From Chloroflexota bacterium (GTDB taxonomy: Bacteria; Chloroflexota; UBA11872; UBA12225; JAJDUF01): 64,000 bases of DNA. The position numbers and the translations under genes are program-made. The notes below the pieces were generated by a model. That model ran no database searches. It had not been told where the DNA came from and was given only the letters and a program-made list of their open reading frames with translations. The stretch is taken from NCBI GenBank assembly GCA_034422515.1, contig DAOUJP010000020.1:65590-129589 (forward strand), given 5' to 3'. This document shows positions 46,458-57,945 of this stretch, in pieces (within the stretch, counting starts at the first letter, position 1; each line of letters opens with the position of its first letter).

Positions 46458-47123
46458 CTACAGCAGCGCGAGCGCCCGGAGTGCCGCCAGCGTATCGGCA
46501 GTCTGGCCGTCACCGGGCCATAGCCAGCCACGCTCGACAAAGAAGCCGGGTAGCATCTGGGAGTGGTAGCGGCCGTCCGCGTCCGGGGCCAGCGGTTGAT
46601 ATTTTCCGGCCGCATCCAGTACGTACACGTTGATCTGCTCCACGACCGGATTGAGCAGCCAATACTCCGAAACCCCGTAGTGTTCGTAGTCGCGCATCTT
46701 GCTCCCCCAGTCGCGGCCCGCCGTGCTCTTCGATAGCACTTCCACGACCAGATCGGCGGCCCCGGCAATGTGTGTCTCCTGCATCCGCTCGGCGTGCGCG
46801 CTGGCCACGAACGCGACGTCGGGAACATACCGCTGCTCGCCGAGGTGCATTCCGGCATCAATGAACACTCTGCCCAGAGCATGTGACTGAACGAATACAT
46901 CCAGTAACTGCGAGATGGTCAGTTGTGTTCGCCCGTACAGGAGGGTGGCTGGGGGCATAGTGATGATCTCCCCATCAATTAATTCGGCCCTGATCTCCTC
47001 GTCCAGCGCCTCGTACAGCTCCTCCGGTGTCTGAGGCTGTGGCGGAGCGACCACCTCCGCTGGAACAGAGGGCGCCGGTATGGGAGGCGCTGGTGCAGTT
47101 GCGATTGTCTCTACCATGTCCAC
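46458..47123 (-). CDS. Uma2-family (DUF820) PD-(D/E)XK endonuclease-like protein
   Basis: AELIDGEII...PDVAFV...ADLVVEVLSKST...YEHYGVSEYWLLNP matches Uma2/DUF820. Confidence 0.55.
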   Translation of the reverse strand: MDMVETIATAPAPPIPAPSVPAEVVAPPQPQTPEELYEALDEEIRAELIDGEIITMPPATLLYGRTQLTISQLLDVFVQSHALGRVFIDAGMHLGEQRYVPDVAFVASAHAERMQETHIAGAADLVVEVLSKSTAGRDWGSKMRDYEHYGVSEYWLLNPVVEQINVYVLDAAGKYQPLAPDADGRYHSQMLPGFFVERGWLWPGDGQTADTLAALRALALL

Positions 47124-47253
47124 TCCTCAGCGCGGATCGTTCGGCAGCAGCATCTTACCGATCATGAGTATAGACTGTCCTCGCGGGGCCGGGGCGCGGC
47201 CAACCGATAGGCGACGCTGCGGGGGCGGAACGAGTCCCTGAAACCGGTGCTTG

Positions 47254-48228
47254 TCAAGCCTCGCCCCGGGATGGGGCGGCCGTTGCGGTGGTTGCATGGT
47301 GCCCTTCCAACGGTTCCACATGCACCACCAACTCCGTCGCCGGCAGCGCGGCGCGGACGGCCTGCTCGATCTTGGTGGCCCGCCGATGCGCCTCGCGGAC
47401 GCTGTGCTCGCCAGGGACCAAGACGTGGACATCCGCGAACTGGCGGGCGCCGCTACGCCGCGTGCGTAGCTCGTGGAAGGTCATCCCCGGCTCCAGGCAG
47501 TCCTCAATCGCCTGAGCGATCACCGCCGTATCCGACGGGGACAAGGCCGTGTCCATCAGCCCCTGGAAGGAGCGCCAGAGCAAGCGTCCCCCGGTACGTA
47601 AGATATGGAGGCCGACTGCTAGGGCCAAGAGTGGGTCCAGCCAGGTGAGGCCGGTCAGGAGCACCAGCCCCAGCCCGGCAACCACCCCCATGGTCGTCCA
47701 GACATCCGTCATTAGATGTTGAGACTCCGCCTCCAGCGTGATTGAGCGGCTCCGGCGGCCAACGCGCCGGAGTACTTGTGACACGGCGAGGTTGATCGCC
47801 GCTGCGCCGAGCGAGAGCGCCAGGCCGGTGCCAAGCGCCGTCAGTGGGGCCGGGTTGAAGAGGCGAGCGCCAGCCACAAAGAGGATGCCACCGCCCGCGA
47901 GCAGGATCAGCACTCCTTCAACGCCGCTGGCAAAGTATTCGATCTTGCTGTGGCCATAGGTGTGGTCGCGGTCGGGTGGGTGCGCCGCGTACCACAACGC
48001 GAACAGCGCCAGCAGCGCCGTGGCGAGGTTGACGAGCGATTCGCCGGCATCGGAGAGCAGCCCCACCGACCCCGTAAGCTGGACGGCCGCGAGCTTCAGG
48101 GCTATCGTAGCTAGGGCCGCGGCCACGGAGAGCAGGGCATACCGCGGCAGCGGCGTGCTACGACTACTCTCTGCCGCCGCACTATGACCCTGCATTGGAC
48201 TAATAGCTCTCTTCCTGCACCATAGCAT
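47254..48228 (-). CDS. Cation diffusion facilitator (CzcD-like) transporter
   Basis: Six TM helices plus a C-terminal cytoplasmic domain; HxxxD-type motifs (LSDAGESLVNL). Confidence 0.65.
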   Translation of the reverse strand: MLWCRKRAISPMQGHSAAAESSRSTPLPRYALLSVAAALATIALKLAAVQLTGSVGLLSDAGESLVNLATALLALFALWYAAHPPDRDHTYGHSKIEYFASGVEGVLILLAGGGILFVAGARLFNPAPLTALGTGLALSLGAAAINLAVSQVLRRVGRRSRSITLEAESQHLMTDVWTTMGVVAGLGLVLLTGLTWLDPLLALAVGLHILRTGGRLLWRSFQGLMDTALSPSDTAVIAQAIEDCLEPGMTFHELRTRRSGARQFADVHVLVPGEHSVREAHRRATKIEQAVRAALPATELVVHVEPLEGHHATTATAAPSRGEA

Positions 48229-48333
48229 ACCAAATGCGGCGATTAGATGCCTATACAGGCACAGAAAGCGTTAATGCAAAGTGATAGCAACTGCGTTACG
48301 ATGCTGCTGCGTGCGGCGCGGCAACGCGGTGGG

Positions 48334-49452
48334 CTAGGGGAAGGTGATGCCGAGCTTGATGGACTGCTCCGGGTGCCGGTCAATGGCGGCGTAGGCGGCG
48401 GCGCTCTCTGCAAACGGCACAATCGGCGAGACAATCCCTTCCGTCCGCACGCGACCGTTAAGGAGCCAGCGTAGTCCCAGGTCGGCGAGGCGGTGCAGGT
48501 CCCAGGCCGGATAGTCGCGCGATGGCAGGCTCTCGGCACGCACCGACACCAGCGTGAGCTGATTGAGATGGAACTCGTGTCCCAGGTGGACACCGCTGGC
48601 GTCGCGGCCATAGAACGAGATCAGGCAGATCGTGCCGCCGAAGCGGGTAGCGCGGATCGCCTCGTGCAGCGCGGCGGGATTGCCGCTGACCTCAACCGCA
48701 ACATCCACCCCGCGCTGACCCCATTGCGTGGGCCGCTCGGTGTAGCCACCCACAACGTGCGGAAACGGCGCGGCCGGCTCGTGCTGCCGGCCCGCCGGGG
48801 CGGTCAATTCGCGGATGGCGTGTCCCACGTCGCCGGTGAGCGGGTCAAGGGCAGCATCGGCGCCGAGCGCCAGCGCAAGGTCGCGCCGCGCCTTGATCGG
48901 GTCCACTGCGATTACTTGATCGGCGCCGGCCAGGCGGGCCAACTGCACGGCCATTTGACCGATAGCGCCCAATCCGAACACCGCCACCCGGTCGCCCAAC
49001 CGGACGTTGCCCTCGCGCAGCGGCAGGGCCATGACCAGCGGATCGAGGCAGACGGCCGCCTCCGGGGTCAGGCCGGTTGGCAGCCGGTCTACGCGGCCGG
49101 CCTCGACCGTGTGCGTCTCGCGGATGGGTAGGTGGCCGAAGACCCGCTCACCGACGCGGAAATCGGTCACGGCGGCGCCCACCTCCGTCACGACGCCGAT
49201 AGCCATATTGCCCAGGGGGGCCGGGCGAAAGGTCTGCTCCGCGTCCGCTGACGGTGGCACGGGCAGAAAGCAGCCCCACGCCGCGTCATAGCGCCGGTCG
49301 GTGTGCCCGGCCCGGTAGCTGACCATCTCGGTACCGTGTTTGGGTGCGGCAAACTCGCTGCGGATGCGAATCTGCGTATCCCCCAGCGGCGGCTCGGCGT
49401 ACTCGCGGAAGTCCGGCGTGCGCGGGGCGACGGTGACTAACTCGCGCGGCAT
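48334..49452 (-). CDS. Zinc-binding medium-chain alcohol/polyol dehydrogenase family protein
   Basis: GHLP...GxGxxG (VFGLGAIGQMAV) Rossmann fold, MDR architecture. Confidence 0.55.
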   Translation of the reverse strand: MPRELVTVAPRTPDFREYAEPPLGDTQIRIRSEFAAPKHGTEMVSYRAGHTDRRYDAAWGCFLPVPPSADAEQTFRPAPLGNMAIGVVTEVGAAVTDFRVGERVFGHLPIRETHTVEAGRVDRLPTGLTPEAAVCLDPLVMALPLREGNVRLGDRVAVFGLGAIGQMAVQLARLAGADQVIAVDPIKARRDLALALGADAALDPLTGDVGHAIRELTAPAGRQHEPAAPFPHVVGGYTERPTQWGQRGVDVAVEVSGNPAALHEAIRATRFGGTICLISFYGRDASGVHLGHEFHLNQLTLVSVRAESLPSRDYPAWDLHRLADLGLRWLLNGRVRTEGIVSPIVPFAESAAAYAAIDRHPEQSIKLGITFP

Positions 49453-49638
49453 CGGTTCCTACTCCCCGGCTGCATAGCTGCTGACGATGGTGCCACAGGC
49501 GCGATCTCCAGTGTCCCAGCCGCAAGGAGATTGCGCTCGTCGCCACCTGATTCACAGTAGCCGGCGCGTGCTGACGTCCGGCTGGCCGCCGATGCAGCCT
49601 ATACTGAAAGTAGGGACACGCACGGAAGCGGAGGAACG

Positions 49639-51048
49639 ATGCTCCCGATTGGTGATGAGAACTTTGGCCGCCGACGCCGGCCGATTGTCAACTATGCGCT
49701 GATCGGGACGTGCATTGCAGTCTTTGTACTGCAAGGGCTGGCGTCGGTCGATTCGGAGGCCCTCGTCCGTACTTGGGGACTGGTACCAGCACGCTTGCTG
49801 CACGACGGTCCGTTCGCCGCCCACACGCTCATCACCCACATGTTCCTCCACGGCAACCTCCTCCACATCGGCGGCAACATGCTCTTTCTGTGGGTTTTCG
49901 GTGCCAACATTGAGGATGAGTTCGGGCACGTACCCTATCTGCTTTTCTATCTGGGTACCGGCGTCCTCGCCGGCCTGGCGTCGGTGGCGCTGCGCTCCAC
50001 GTCCGACGTGCCGGGGATCGGGGCGTCGGGGGCGATCTCCGGGGTGCTCGGTGCGTACCTGGTGTTATTCCCGCTCCACGAGATTCGCGTGATCATTCTG
50101 CATCCCTTCACCGTGCTACTCTGGCTCGGCTCGATCTTTCTGCAAAACCGTCCGGAGCTACCCAAGATCGGTATCTCGGCGCTCTACGTGCTGTTGTTCT
50201 ACGTCATCTACAACTTTGTCGGCGCGCTCGCGGGTATTGTCAGCCCTTCGAGGGTAGACTCGGTGGCCCACTTGGGCGGTTTTCTCGGCGGGTATCTCAT
50301 CGTGCTGATCTTGCGGAGGCGGTTCGGTCTATGGCCGGATACGGCGGCGGACGCCGAGGGGCCAGCCGCGGCCGCGCGCACTGGGATGGCCGACCGACGG
50401 ACCGAGGCGGAGCGGTTGCAGGCAGTGGGCAACTGGGCGGAAGCACGCGAGACGCTGGAAGCGGCGCTGGCGCAGGATGAGCCGGGTGACGATGTACGCG
50501 GCCGGGTCTCCGTATACCTCCACCTGGCCGAGGTCTTGACACATCAAGGGGAGCTAGACGTTGCCGCAGAGCGCGTCGCTGCCGGGCGAGCGTTAGCCCA
50601 GGCCCACGAATACGCTGATTTGGTGGCGCACGCCGACCTCACTGCCGGGCACGTGGCGCAGCAGGCCAACGATGCCGCCGGTGCGGAGCGGCTCTTGCAG
50701 CGGGCGCTAGAGTGGGCACGCGCCGAGACTATTCAGGCCCTCCCGGCGGCGCAAGTCGTGCTGGCGGCCGCCGACCTTGCCGACCGACTGGGGCCGGTCG
50801 AACAAGGGCTGGCGCTGCGCCGCGAGGCGGTGCGGATGCTCATTCAGGCCCGCGACCGGCGGAGCGCGGTTGACGCTTTGATAGAGATCGGTGAACGGCT
50901 GGTGGCAGCGGGGGATACGGCCGGCGCCTATGCCGCTCGGCGGGAAGGGTTGCGCCACGCGCGAGCAATCTACTATCTTGATGCCGTCGAGCGCCTGACC
51001 GCGGAGCTAACGGCACGCCGGGCGAGCACCAACCGCGAGTCGCCGTGA
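49639..51048 (+). CDS. Rhomboid-family intramembrane serine protease with a C-terminal TPR-like domain
   Basis: GASGAISGVLGAY (GxSG) and AHLGGFLGGY (catalytic His) in TM helices, then Ala/Leu-rich TPR-like repeats. Confidence 0.65.
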   Translation: MLPIGDENFGRRRRPIVNYALIGTCIAVFVLQGLASVDSEALVRTWGLVPARLLHDGPFAAHTLITHMFLHGNLLHIGGNMLFLWVFGANIEDEFGHVPYLLFYLGTGVLAGLASVALRSTSDVPGIGASGAISGVLGAYLVLFPLHEIRVIILHPFTVLLWLGSIFLQNRPELPKIGISALYVLLFYVIYNFVGALAGIVSPSRVDSVAHLGGFLGGYLIVLILRRRFGLWPDTAADAEGPAAAARTGMADRRTEAERLQAVGNWAEARETLEAALAQDEPGDDVRGRVSVYLHLAEVLTHQGELDVAAERVAAGRALAQAHEYADLVAHADLTAGHVAQQANDAAGAERLLQRALEWARAETIQALPAAQVVLAAADLADRLGPVEQGLALRREAVRMLIQARDRRSAVDALIEIGERLVAAGDTAGAYAARREGLRHARAIYYLDAVERLTAELTARRASTNRESP

Positions 51049-51094
51049 GTTGGGCGAGGGGAGTGGTCATCTCGGAGGAGCGAGGTATAGCGCG

Positions 51095-51793
51095 ATGGAA
51101 CAGTTATCTCAGCGGTACTCTGCCCCGTTTTTGGTCATCGCTGCCGTGTTTGCGACGACGCTCGTCGTCTCCAACATTATCGCCGTGAAGATAGCGGGGT
51201 TCGCCGGGCTAACCATCTCCGTGTCTTTCGTCCTCTTTCCGATCAGTTACATCTTCGGCGACATTCTGACCGAGGTGTATGGCTATGCCGCCGCGCGCCG
51301 GGTCATCTGGCTCGGCTTCGCCTGCAACGTGCTGGCGGTCATTGCCATTTGGTTGGGCCAAATCCTCCCATCGGCCTCCTTCTGGGAGAATCAGGCGGCT
51401 TACGAAACCATCCTCGGAGCCACGCCGCGGCTCCTGATCTCTTCATTTATCGCGTACCTGTTCGGCGAATTCTTGAACTCCTTTGTCCTGGCAAAGCTGA
51501 AGATCGCTACCGCCGGCCGCTGGCTCTGGCTGCGGACAATTACCTCCACGGTGGTCGGTCAGGGCGTGGATAGCCTCATCTTCTACACGTTGGCCTTTGC
51601 CGTACTGCCAGTTATTGGTGGAGTGATGTCCGGAGGGGACCTCGCCGTGACTATTATCACCGCATGGCTCGTCAAGTCGGCGTATGAGGCGCTGGCCACA
51701 CCGCTGACCTATGCGGCCGTGAGTTACTTCAAGCGGCTGGAGGGGGTTGACACCTACGACCGCGACACCAACTTCAACCCGCTCTCCGTGTAG
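51095..51793 (+). CDS. Queuosine-precursor transporter (YhhQ/DUF165, VUT family)
   Basis: FLVIAAVFATTLVVSNIIAVKI...LFPISYIFGDILTEVYGY is characteristic of YhhQ. Confidence 0.6.
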   Translation: MEQLSQRYSAPFLVIAAVFATTLVVSNIIAVKIAGFAGLTISVSFVLFPISYIFGDILTEVYGYAAARRVIWLGFACNVLAVIAIWLGQILPSASFWENQAAYETILGATPRLLISSFIAYLFGEFLNSFVLAKLKIATAGRWLWLRTITSTVVGQGVDSLIFYTLAFAVLPVIGGVMSGGDLAVTIITAWLVKSAYEALATPLTYAAVSYFKRLEGVDTYDRDTNFNPLSV

Positions 51794-51833
51794 CCGGCCA
51801 GCGAGGCGCCAAGACGAGGAGGCGAGAACCGAG

Positions 51834-52661
51834 GTGGTTGGGAAACTGGCGCTCATCGGCGGCGGCTTCATGGGTGAGGCGATTCTCTCTCGTCTCATCA
51901 CCGCTGTCGTGGTGGCGCCCAGCGCCGTGTCCGTGGGTGAGCCGGTCACCGAGCGTCGAGAGACGCTGACCCGGCAGTATCAGGTCCAGGCCGTCGCGGA
52001 CAACCGCGCAGCGGTCACGGACGCGGCCGTGGTGCTGCTGGCCATCAAGCCCCAGCAGACCGAGGCGGTGCTGGCCGCGCTGCGCGGCACCCTCGGCCCC
52101 GACACGCTGGTCGTCTCGATTATCGCCGGGACGGCGCTCTCCGTCCTGACGGCTGGTCTCGATCATCAGCCGGTGGTGCGTGCGATGCCGAACACGCCGG
52201 CGACGGTCGGGGAGGCCATGACCGTCTGGACCGCGACACCCGCCGTCTCCGCGGCGCAACTGGCCACGGTGCGGGAAATCTTCCGGGCCATCGGGCGCGA
52301 AATTCAGGTGGACGGGGATCGGTACGTAGATATGGCTACGGCCGTCAACGGGAGCGGGCCGGGCTACGTCTTCCTTGTGATCGAGGCATTGATAGATGCG
52401 GCGGTGCAACTCGGCTTGGCACGACCGGCCGCGCACGAACTGGTGGTCCAGACGGTGTTGGGCGCGGCCGCGTTGGCGCGAGACACCGGGGAGCATCCGG
52501 CCGAGTTGCGTAATCGGGTGACAACCCCCGGGGGGACAACGGCGGCTGGCCTGTTGGCCATGGAAGCCGGCGGCCTCCGCGCGGCGCTGGCGCACGGGGT
52601 CATCGCCGCCTACGAGCGCAGCGTGGCGTTGGGCGCTGGTACCCAACCCGGCTCCCGGTGA
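51834..52661 (+). CDS. proC: Pyrroline-5-carboxylate reductase
   Basis: LALIGGGFMGEAI (NADP-binding) and RAMPNTPATVGEAMTVW, the P5CR signature. GTG start at 51834 with an upstream AGGAGG. Confidence 0.65.
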   Translation: MVGKLALIGGGFMGEAILSRLITAVVVAPSAVSVGEPVTERRETLTRQYQVQAVADNRAAVTDAAVVLLAIKPQQTEAVLAALRGTLGPDTLVVSIIAGTALSVLTAGLDHQPVVRAMPNTPATVGEAMTVWTATPAVSAAQLATVREIFRAIGREIQVDGDRYVDMATAVNGSGPGYVFLVIEALIDAAVQLGLARPAAHELVVQTVLGAAALARDTGEHPAELRNRVTTPGGTTAAGLLAMEAGGLRAALAHGVIAAYERSVALGAGTQPGSR

Positions 52662-52812
52662 GGCCAGCGGTGTCCCACACCTCCCCGGCGGACAGCGCTG
52701 ACTGCTGAAGACCGGCCGCCGCTGGTATACTGCCGAAAGAGGCGCCACCGGCAACGTCCGGTATTCGCTCGGTCCAAGCCTACCCGACAGTGCAGTTCAC
52801 CGGTGCAAGCCC

Positions 52813-53490
<678 letters not shown>

Positions 53491-53552
53491 CCGCCGCGCG
53501 GCGCTTCTCCAGGCTCTCCGGTCGGACCGAGGCACGTGAACGGAATCAGCGC

Positions 53553-54473
53553 ATGAACTGGATCGGCCGGGCGTGGGAGGTGTTCGACTACGCAGTGGTG
53601 GCCGCGCTCGTGGGCCTCTGGCGCCATCGCTTTATGACGGGCGCCACGGTGCTGACGACTGCGCTGATGCTCTTGATGCTCAACGTCTTTGTCGTGCTGG
53701 TCACGCACCTGAACGTGGCGCTGGAAGCGTTGGAGCAGCGCGTCAACGTCATCGCGTACATCCGTGAAGATGCCCCCCCCGGTGAGGTACTCGCCTTGCG
53801 ACGCACACTCCAGAACCGCTCGGACGTGCTCGAAGTGATCTACGTGACGAAAGATGAGGCGCTGGCCCGGCTGCGTGAGCACTTCGCCGACCGGTCGGAG
53901 CTACTGGACATGGTATCGGACAATCCCTTGCCGGCATCCCTGGAAATCCGTGCCCACGATCCCGAAAACCTCGGGGCCATCGTCTCGCTACTACGGGCAA
54001 ACTCCGTAGCGGAACGGGAAGACGCGGTGTTGGAAGAGGTGACTTTACAAGAGGACATCGTGGAGCATTTGCTGCGGCTCACTACGGCCACGCGCGTCGC
54101 CGGTATGGCGATGACCGGGGGACTGGCGGTCGCCAGTCTGTTTATCGTCATCAACACCATTCGCATCGCTGTATACTCTCGCCGGCAAGAGATCGAAGTG
54201 ATGAAGCTGGTGGGTGCAACGGACTGGTTTGTACGCTGGCCCTTCGTCTTCGAGGGGATACTCTACGGGCTGCTGGCTGCGCTGCTGACGCTGTTGATCG
54301 TCGTCCCGGCCTACGATCCGGTCGTGGAGAACTTCTGGGCGCTCCTGTCGTTCTTACCGGTAGAGCGCGATCCACAGTTCGCTACCAAGCTGGCGCTGAT
54401 GACGATAGTGGTGGGGACCGCTCTCGGCGCTGCGGGGAGCTACATCTCGGTGCGCCGGTTCCTGGAAGTATAG
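53553..54473 (+). CDS. ftsX: FtsX-like permease
   Basis: Four TM helices with a large periplasmic loop; follows ftsE. Confidence 0.6.
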   Translation: MNWIGRAWEVFDYAVVAALVGLWRHRFMTGATVLTTALMLLMLNVFVVLVTHLNVALEALEQRVNVIAYIREDAPPGEVLALRRTLQNRSDVLEVIYVTKDEALARLREHFADRSELLDMVSDNPLPASLEIRAHDPENLGAIVSLLRANSVAEREDAVLEEVTLQEDIVEHLLRLTTATRVAGMAMTGGLAVASLFIVINTIRIAVYSRRQEIEVMKLVGATDWFVRWPFVFEGILYGLLAALLTLLIVVPAYDPVVENFWALLSFLPVERDPQFATKLALMTIVVGTALGAAGSYISVRRFLEV

Positions 54474-54476
54474 ACC

Positions 54477-55154
54477 ATGATCGTACTGCGTAACGTGTGG
54501 AAATGGTACGACGACGACACGGTGGCCTTGCGCGGCATCACCCTCACGGTGCCGCGCGATGACTTCGTGTTTCTCGTGGGTCCGAATGGCGCCGGCAAAA
54601 CGACTTTGCTGCGCCTCCTGAATTGCGCCGAGACGCCGAGCGACGGTTGCATTCTGGTCAATGGTCAGGACGTGGAGGACCTCGACGAGCAGGAAGTCTC
54701 CAAGTTCCGCCAACGCATCGGGGTCGTGTTCCAAGATACGCGCCTCTTCGCGGACAAAACCGTGTACGAGAACGTCGCCGTCAGTCTGCAAGTGTCGGGA
54801 GATGGGCGTGCCAGCGAGCTTGTATGGGAGGCGCTGGAAGTCGTGCAGCTGGCCGATCATGCCAAGCGTCTGCCGAGGGAGCTTTCGGGTGGCGAGGCCC
54901 AGCGGGCCGCCATTGCACGGGCGATTGTGCGGCAGCCACAGCTCCTGCTGGCCGACGAGCCGACCGCCAACCTCCCGCCGGCGATGGCGTGGCAGGTGCT
55001 CCAGGTGCTCACCGACATCCATCGCTACCATGGCGTGACCACCCTCATCGCGACGCACGACCGGGAGGTCGTTGATCGGATGCGCCAGCGGGTCGTGGAG
55101 TTGGCGCACGGATCCATTGTGCGCGATCAGCGCGGAGGCCGCTTTGCCGCCTAA
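54477..55154 (+). CDS. Second FtsE-like ABC ATPase
   Basis: Walker A GPNGAGKTT, signature LSGGEAQRAAIARAI, Walker B LLLADEPTANL. Confidence 0.6.
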   Translation: MIVLRNVWKWYDDDTVALRGITLTVPRDDFVFLVGPNGAGKTTLLRLLNCAETPSDGCILVNGQDVEDLDEQEVSKFRQRIGVVFQDTRLFADKTVYENVAVSLQVSGDGRASELVWEALEVVQLADHAKRLPRELSGGEAQRAAIARAIVRQPQLLLADEPTANLPPAMAWQVLQVLTDIHRYHGVTTLIATHDREVVDRMRQRVVELAHGSIVRDQRGGRFAA

Positions 55155-55212
55155 CGTGTGCCGGCCATACTCCACGCGCCGACGGCTGTCGGGGCTGCTG
55201 CGTGCCGTCACC

Positions 55213-56472
55213 ATGCTCCTGCTGCTCATCACCTTGGGCGGCCCGGCCGCCACGCCCGTGGCCGCCAACCCTTTCGATGACGCCGTTGAGGCGGCCAAAG
55301 AGGCGGTTGACGCCGCCAGGAGCCGGATACAGCAACTGACCCAGCAAAAGGAGCAGACTCAGCAGCAGCGCGAGCAGAAGGAAGCAGAGCTGCGGCAGCT
55401 CCAACGAGAAGGGGAGACGGCGCGGGCGGCCCTTGAACGGGTCCGGGGCGAACTGAACGTGGCCGAGCTGCGTCTGGCAGCGATCAAGACGGAGTTGGAC
55501 AAGATCGAGGTGCATATCCGCGATCTCGAAGCACAACAAGAAGAGTTGCGCGCGGAGCTATTCCGGCGTTCTGCTGCCTATGGGTCGCGTCTGCGCGTGA
55601 TCTATAAATGGACGCAGCAACCGCCGTTGGTTCTGATCCTCGGGTCTACCGACCTCCACGATTTCTTGAAGCGGCTTAATGGTTTCACCGCCTTCGCCCG
55701 TGAAGACAGCCGGCAGGTCGCCGCCTTGCGGCGGGATCACGAACAGGCGGAGCGGGTTCGGCAGGAGCTTGACGCGGAAAAGGCCCGGGCCACGGAGCTG
55801 CGCGACGAGGCAACGGAGGTCAAGCAGACTCTGGACATCAAACGCGACCAGCGACAGCAGTTGCTCGCACAGATCGAGGCCGATGAAGCGCGCACGCGAG
55901 AAGAAATCACCGAAATGGATCGGCAGGCCGAGCGCTTGACCGAGCAGATCCGGCACCAAGTCGAAGTCGAGCTACCCAGACGGCAAGAAGAAATCCGGCG
56001 TCGAGAAGAGGCGCGCCGCCGCGCGGCCGCGGGCCAAGCTGGGATCCAGGTAGTACCGGCGCCGAGCGGCTCCTTCATCTGGCCGGTTAGCGGGCCGATT
56101 ACCGCCGTCTATGGACAACGCACGTTTGCCCAGCGCTTCCACACGGGCCTCGACATTGCCGCCAACCTACGGGTGCCGATCCGGGCGGTCGCGACCGGCA
56201 GCGTCCTGTACGTGGGGTATGCCGTGCCAGGGAATCGCCGGGCGTCGTATGGGATGTATGTGACCCTGTTGCACGGTGACGGGAAAGTGACCTTGTACGC
56301 ACACCTGGATGACCGCGTCAGCCCGCCACCGGTCGAGAAGGGCCAGATTATAGATCAGGGCACGGTGTTGGGCGCAATCGGCATGACCGGTATTACCAGC
56401 GGGCCACACCTCCACTTCGAGGTGCGCGAGCCGGACGGGAGAACCCGCAATCCGCAGGAGTTCCTGCCCTAG
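55213..56472 (+). CDS. M23-family peptidoglycan endopeptidase with an N-terminal coiled coil (EnvC-like)
   Basis: Signal peptide, long Q/E/R-rich coiled coil, then a C-terminal M23 domain (HTGLDIA...GMTGITSGPHLHFEV). Confidence 0.7.
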   Translation: MLLLLITLGGPAATPVAANPFDDAVEAAKEAVDAARSRIQQLTQQKEQTQQQREQKEAELRQLQREGETARAALERVRGELNVAELRLAAIKTELDKIEVHIRDLEAQQEELRAELFRRSAAYGSRLRVIYKWTQQPPLVLILGSTDLHDFLKRLNGFTAFAREDSRQVAALRRDHEQAERVRQELDAEKARATELRDEATEVKQTLDIKRDQRQQLLAQIEADEARTREEITEMDRQAERLTEQIRHQVEVELPRRQEEIRRREEARRRAAAGQAGIQVVPAPSGSFIWPVSGPITAVYGQRTFAQRFHTGLDIAANLRVPIRAVATGSVLYVGYAVPGNRRASYGMYVTLLHGDGKVTLYAHLDDRVSPPPVEKGQIIDQGTVLGAIGMTGITSGPHLHFEVREPDGRTRNPQEFLP

Positions 56473-56583
56473 CGACGCGGCGACATCGTGTTTCGCCGGG
56501 CAGTGCTCGGCGCCTACCCGGCAGGCTCCCGCTTCCTCTGCCGGATCACGCCTGGGTACGGAGGAGAAAGCGCCGAACTGCGG

Positions 56584-57945
56584 TCAGGACACCGTGACGC
56601 TGCCGTGGGGCAGGGGCACCGTTTCCACCCAGATTTTACCCGGCTGCAAGTACACTTCCTGGCCGGAGCGGTCATAGAACACGGTGCGCGACCGGCGCGT
56701 TGCCTTCTGCCAGGTACCCTCAATGACCTGTCCCTGCTGGATGATCTGCGCTCGCCCGGTGCCGAGCGTGCCGTACAGCAAGCGCACATTGCCGGGGTAG
56801 CCGTCGTCGGCCGGCGACTCCTCCTGGAATTGCACCAAAATCGTGGCGGCCCTGATCTGCTGGCCGGTGCCTGGGTCCACGTGCGGCACCCCGCCCATGA
56901 TCCGGCGATATAAACCCGTCGACGCTTCATAGCGCCACTGTACCGCGTAGCCTGAGGCACTCGGCCAGAAGGCGATATGCACTGCCGTATGTGTCGCGCT
57001 CGCCGGAGGTGGTTGCTCCGCATCCGCGAACTGCCAGGCCCGGAAATCCCGGTTCCAGCTTTCCCCTGCTGCGTCAACGGCGGTGAGGCCGCGCCGCGCC
57101 GCGACGCCCCAGAGCCGTTGGGTATCGGTATACATCGTATGCTCCAGCGAGACGTTGCGGCTCCTGTCGCGCCAATACACCGGCGCGCCAATCCGGAACT
57201 CATCGAGGTCGCTGTAATCTGCCCAGCCGTAGCGCTTGATCTGTCCCAGCGCGTCTGCACGGGCACCGTTTTGGCACCCGATACCCGTCCGCTGGTCGCA
57301 ATAGGCGGCTCCTACGTGGGCGTAGAGCGGGAAACGGCCATACTCGGATATCCAATCGAGGAAGTACGTCCGGGCGCTGCGTACCGGTCCGGCGCGGACC
57401 GCCTCCATGCCACGGTCGCAATAGAACACGGCCAGAAAGCGCGTGATTCCACCTTCAGCGACCGCCTCGTAGACCACGTCGGCCGAGGCCAGTCCGTATT
57501 GCGGTCGCGCATCAGGATGGTTCTCGATCATCACGCCGAGCGGACGTCGTGTCTCCCAAGCCGTGCGGTAGGCTTCGGGGTAGCGGATGCCGTTCAACGG
57601 ACATTCATCACTGTCTCGCACTTCATGGACCACCATGGTCGGTATGGCGTACGGCCGGGTTTCTTCCGCCGGGATGAGGCGCACCGAGTCGAACGGGAAC
57701 CCGAGACTCGTGGTCTCCGGTAGCTCCGCGGACAAGGAGCTATCGTTAGCGACTGCTGGCGGCGCGTGGTCGTGAGCACAGAGCGGATCGAGCAGGTCCG
57801 CTTGCAACGGGAAGCGTCCCAGTCCGACCGCCGGCTCCAGATAGGCACACGTCACTGCAACGGCCGGCGGTGCGGCCACCGTGAGCACCAGCCCGAGCGC
57901 CACCAGGGCCAGCGCCAGCCGCGACCATCGAGATTGCGTAGTCAA
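56584..57945 (-). CDS. Secreted hypothetical protein (possibly DUF3048/YerB-like)
   Basis: N-terminal signal peptide (ALALVALGLVLTVAAPPAVA). The family assignment is tentative. Confidence 0.3.
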   Translation of the reverse strand: MTTQSRWSRLALALVALGLVLTVAAPPAVAVTCAYLEPAVGLGRFPLQADLLDPLCAHDHAPPAVANDSSLSAELPETTSLGFPFDSVRLIPAEETRPYAIPTMVVHEVRDSDECPLNGIRYPEAYRTAWETRRPLGVMIENHPDARPQYGLASADVVYEAVAEGGITRFLAVFYCDRGMEAVRAGPVRSARTYFLDWISEYGRFPLYAHVGAAYCDQRTGIGCQNGARADALGQIKRYGWADYSDLDEFRIGAPVYWRDRSRNVSLEHTMYTDTQRLWGVAARRGLTAVDAAGESWNRDFRAWQFADAEQPPPASATHTAVHIAFWPSASGYAVQWRYEASTGLYRRIMGGVPHVDPGTGQQIRAATILVQFQEESPADDGYPGNVRLLYGTLGTGRAQIIQQGQVIEGTWQKATRRSRTVFYDRSGQEVYLQPGKIWVETVPLPHGSVTVS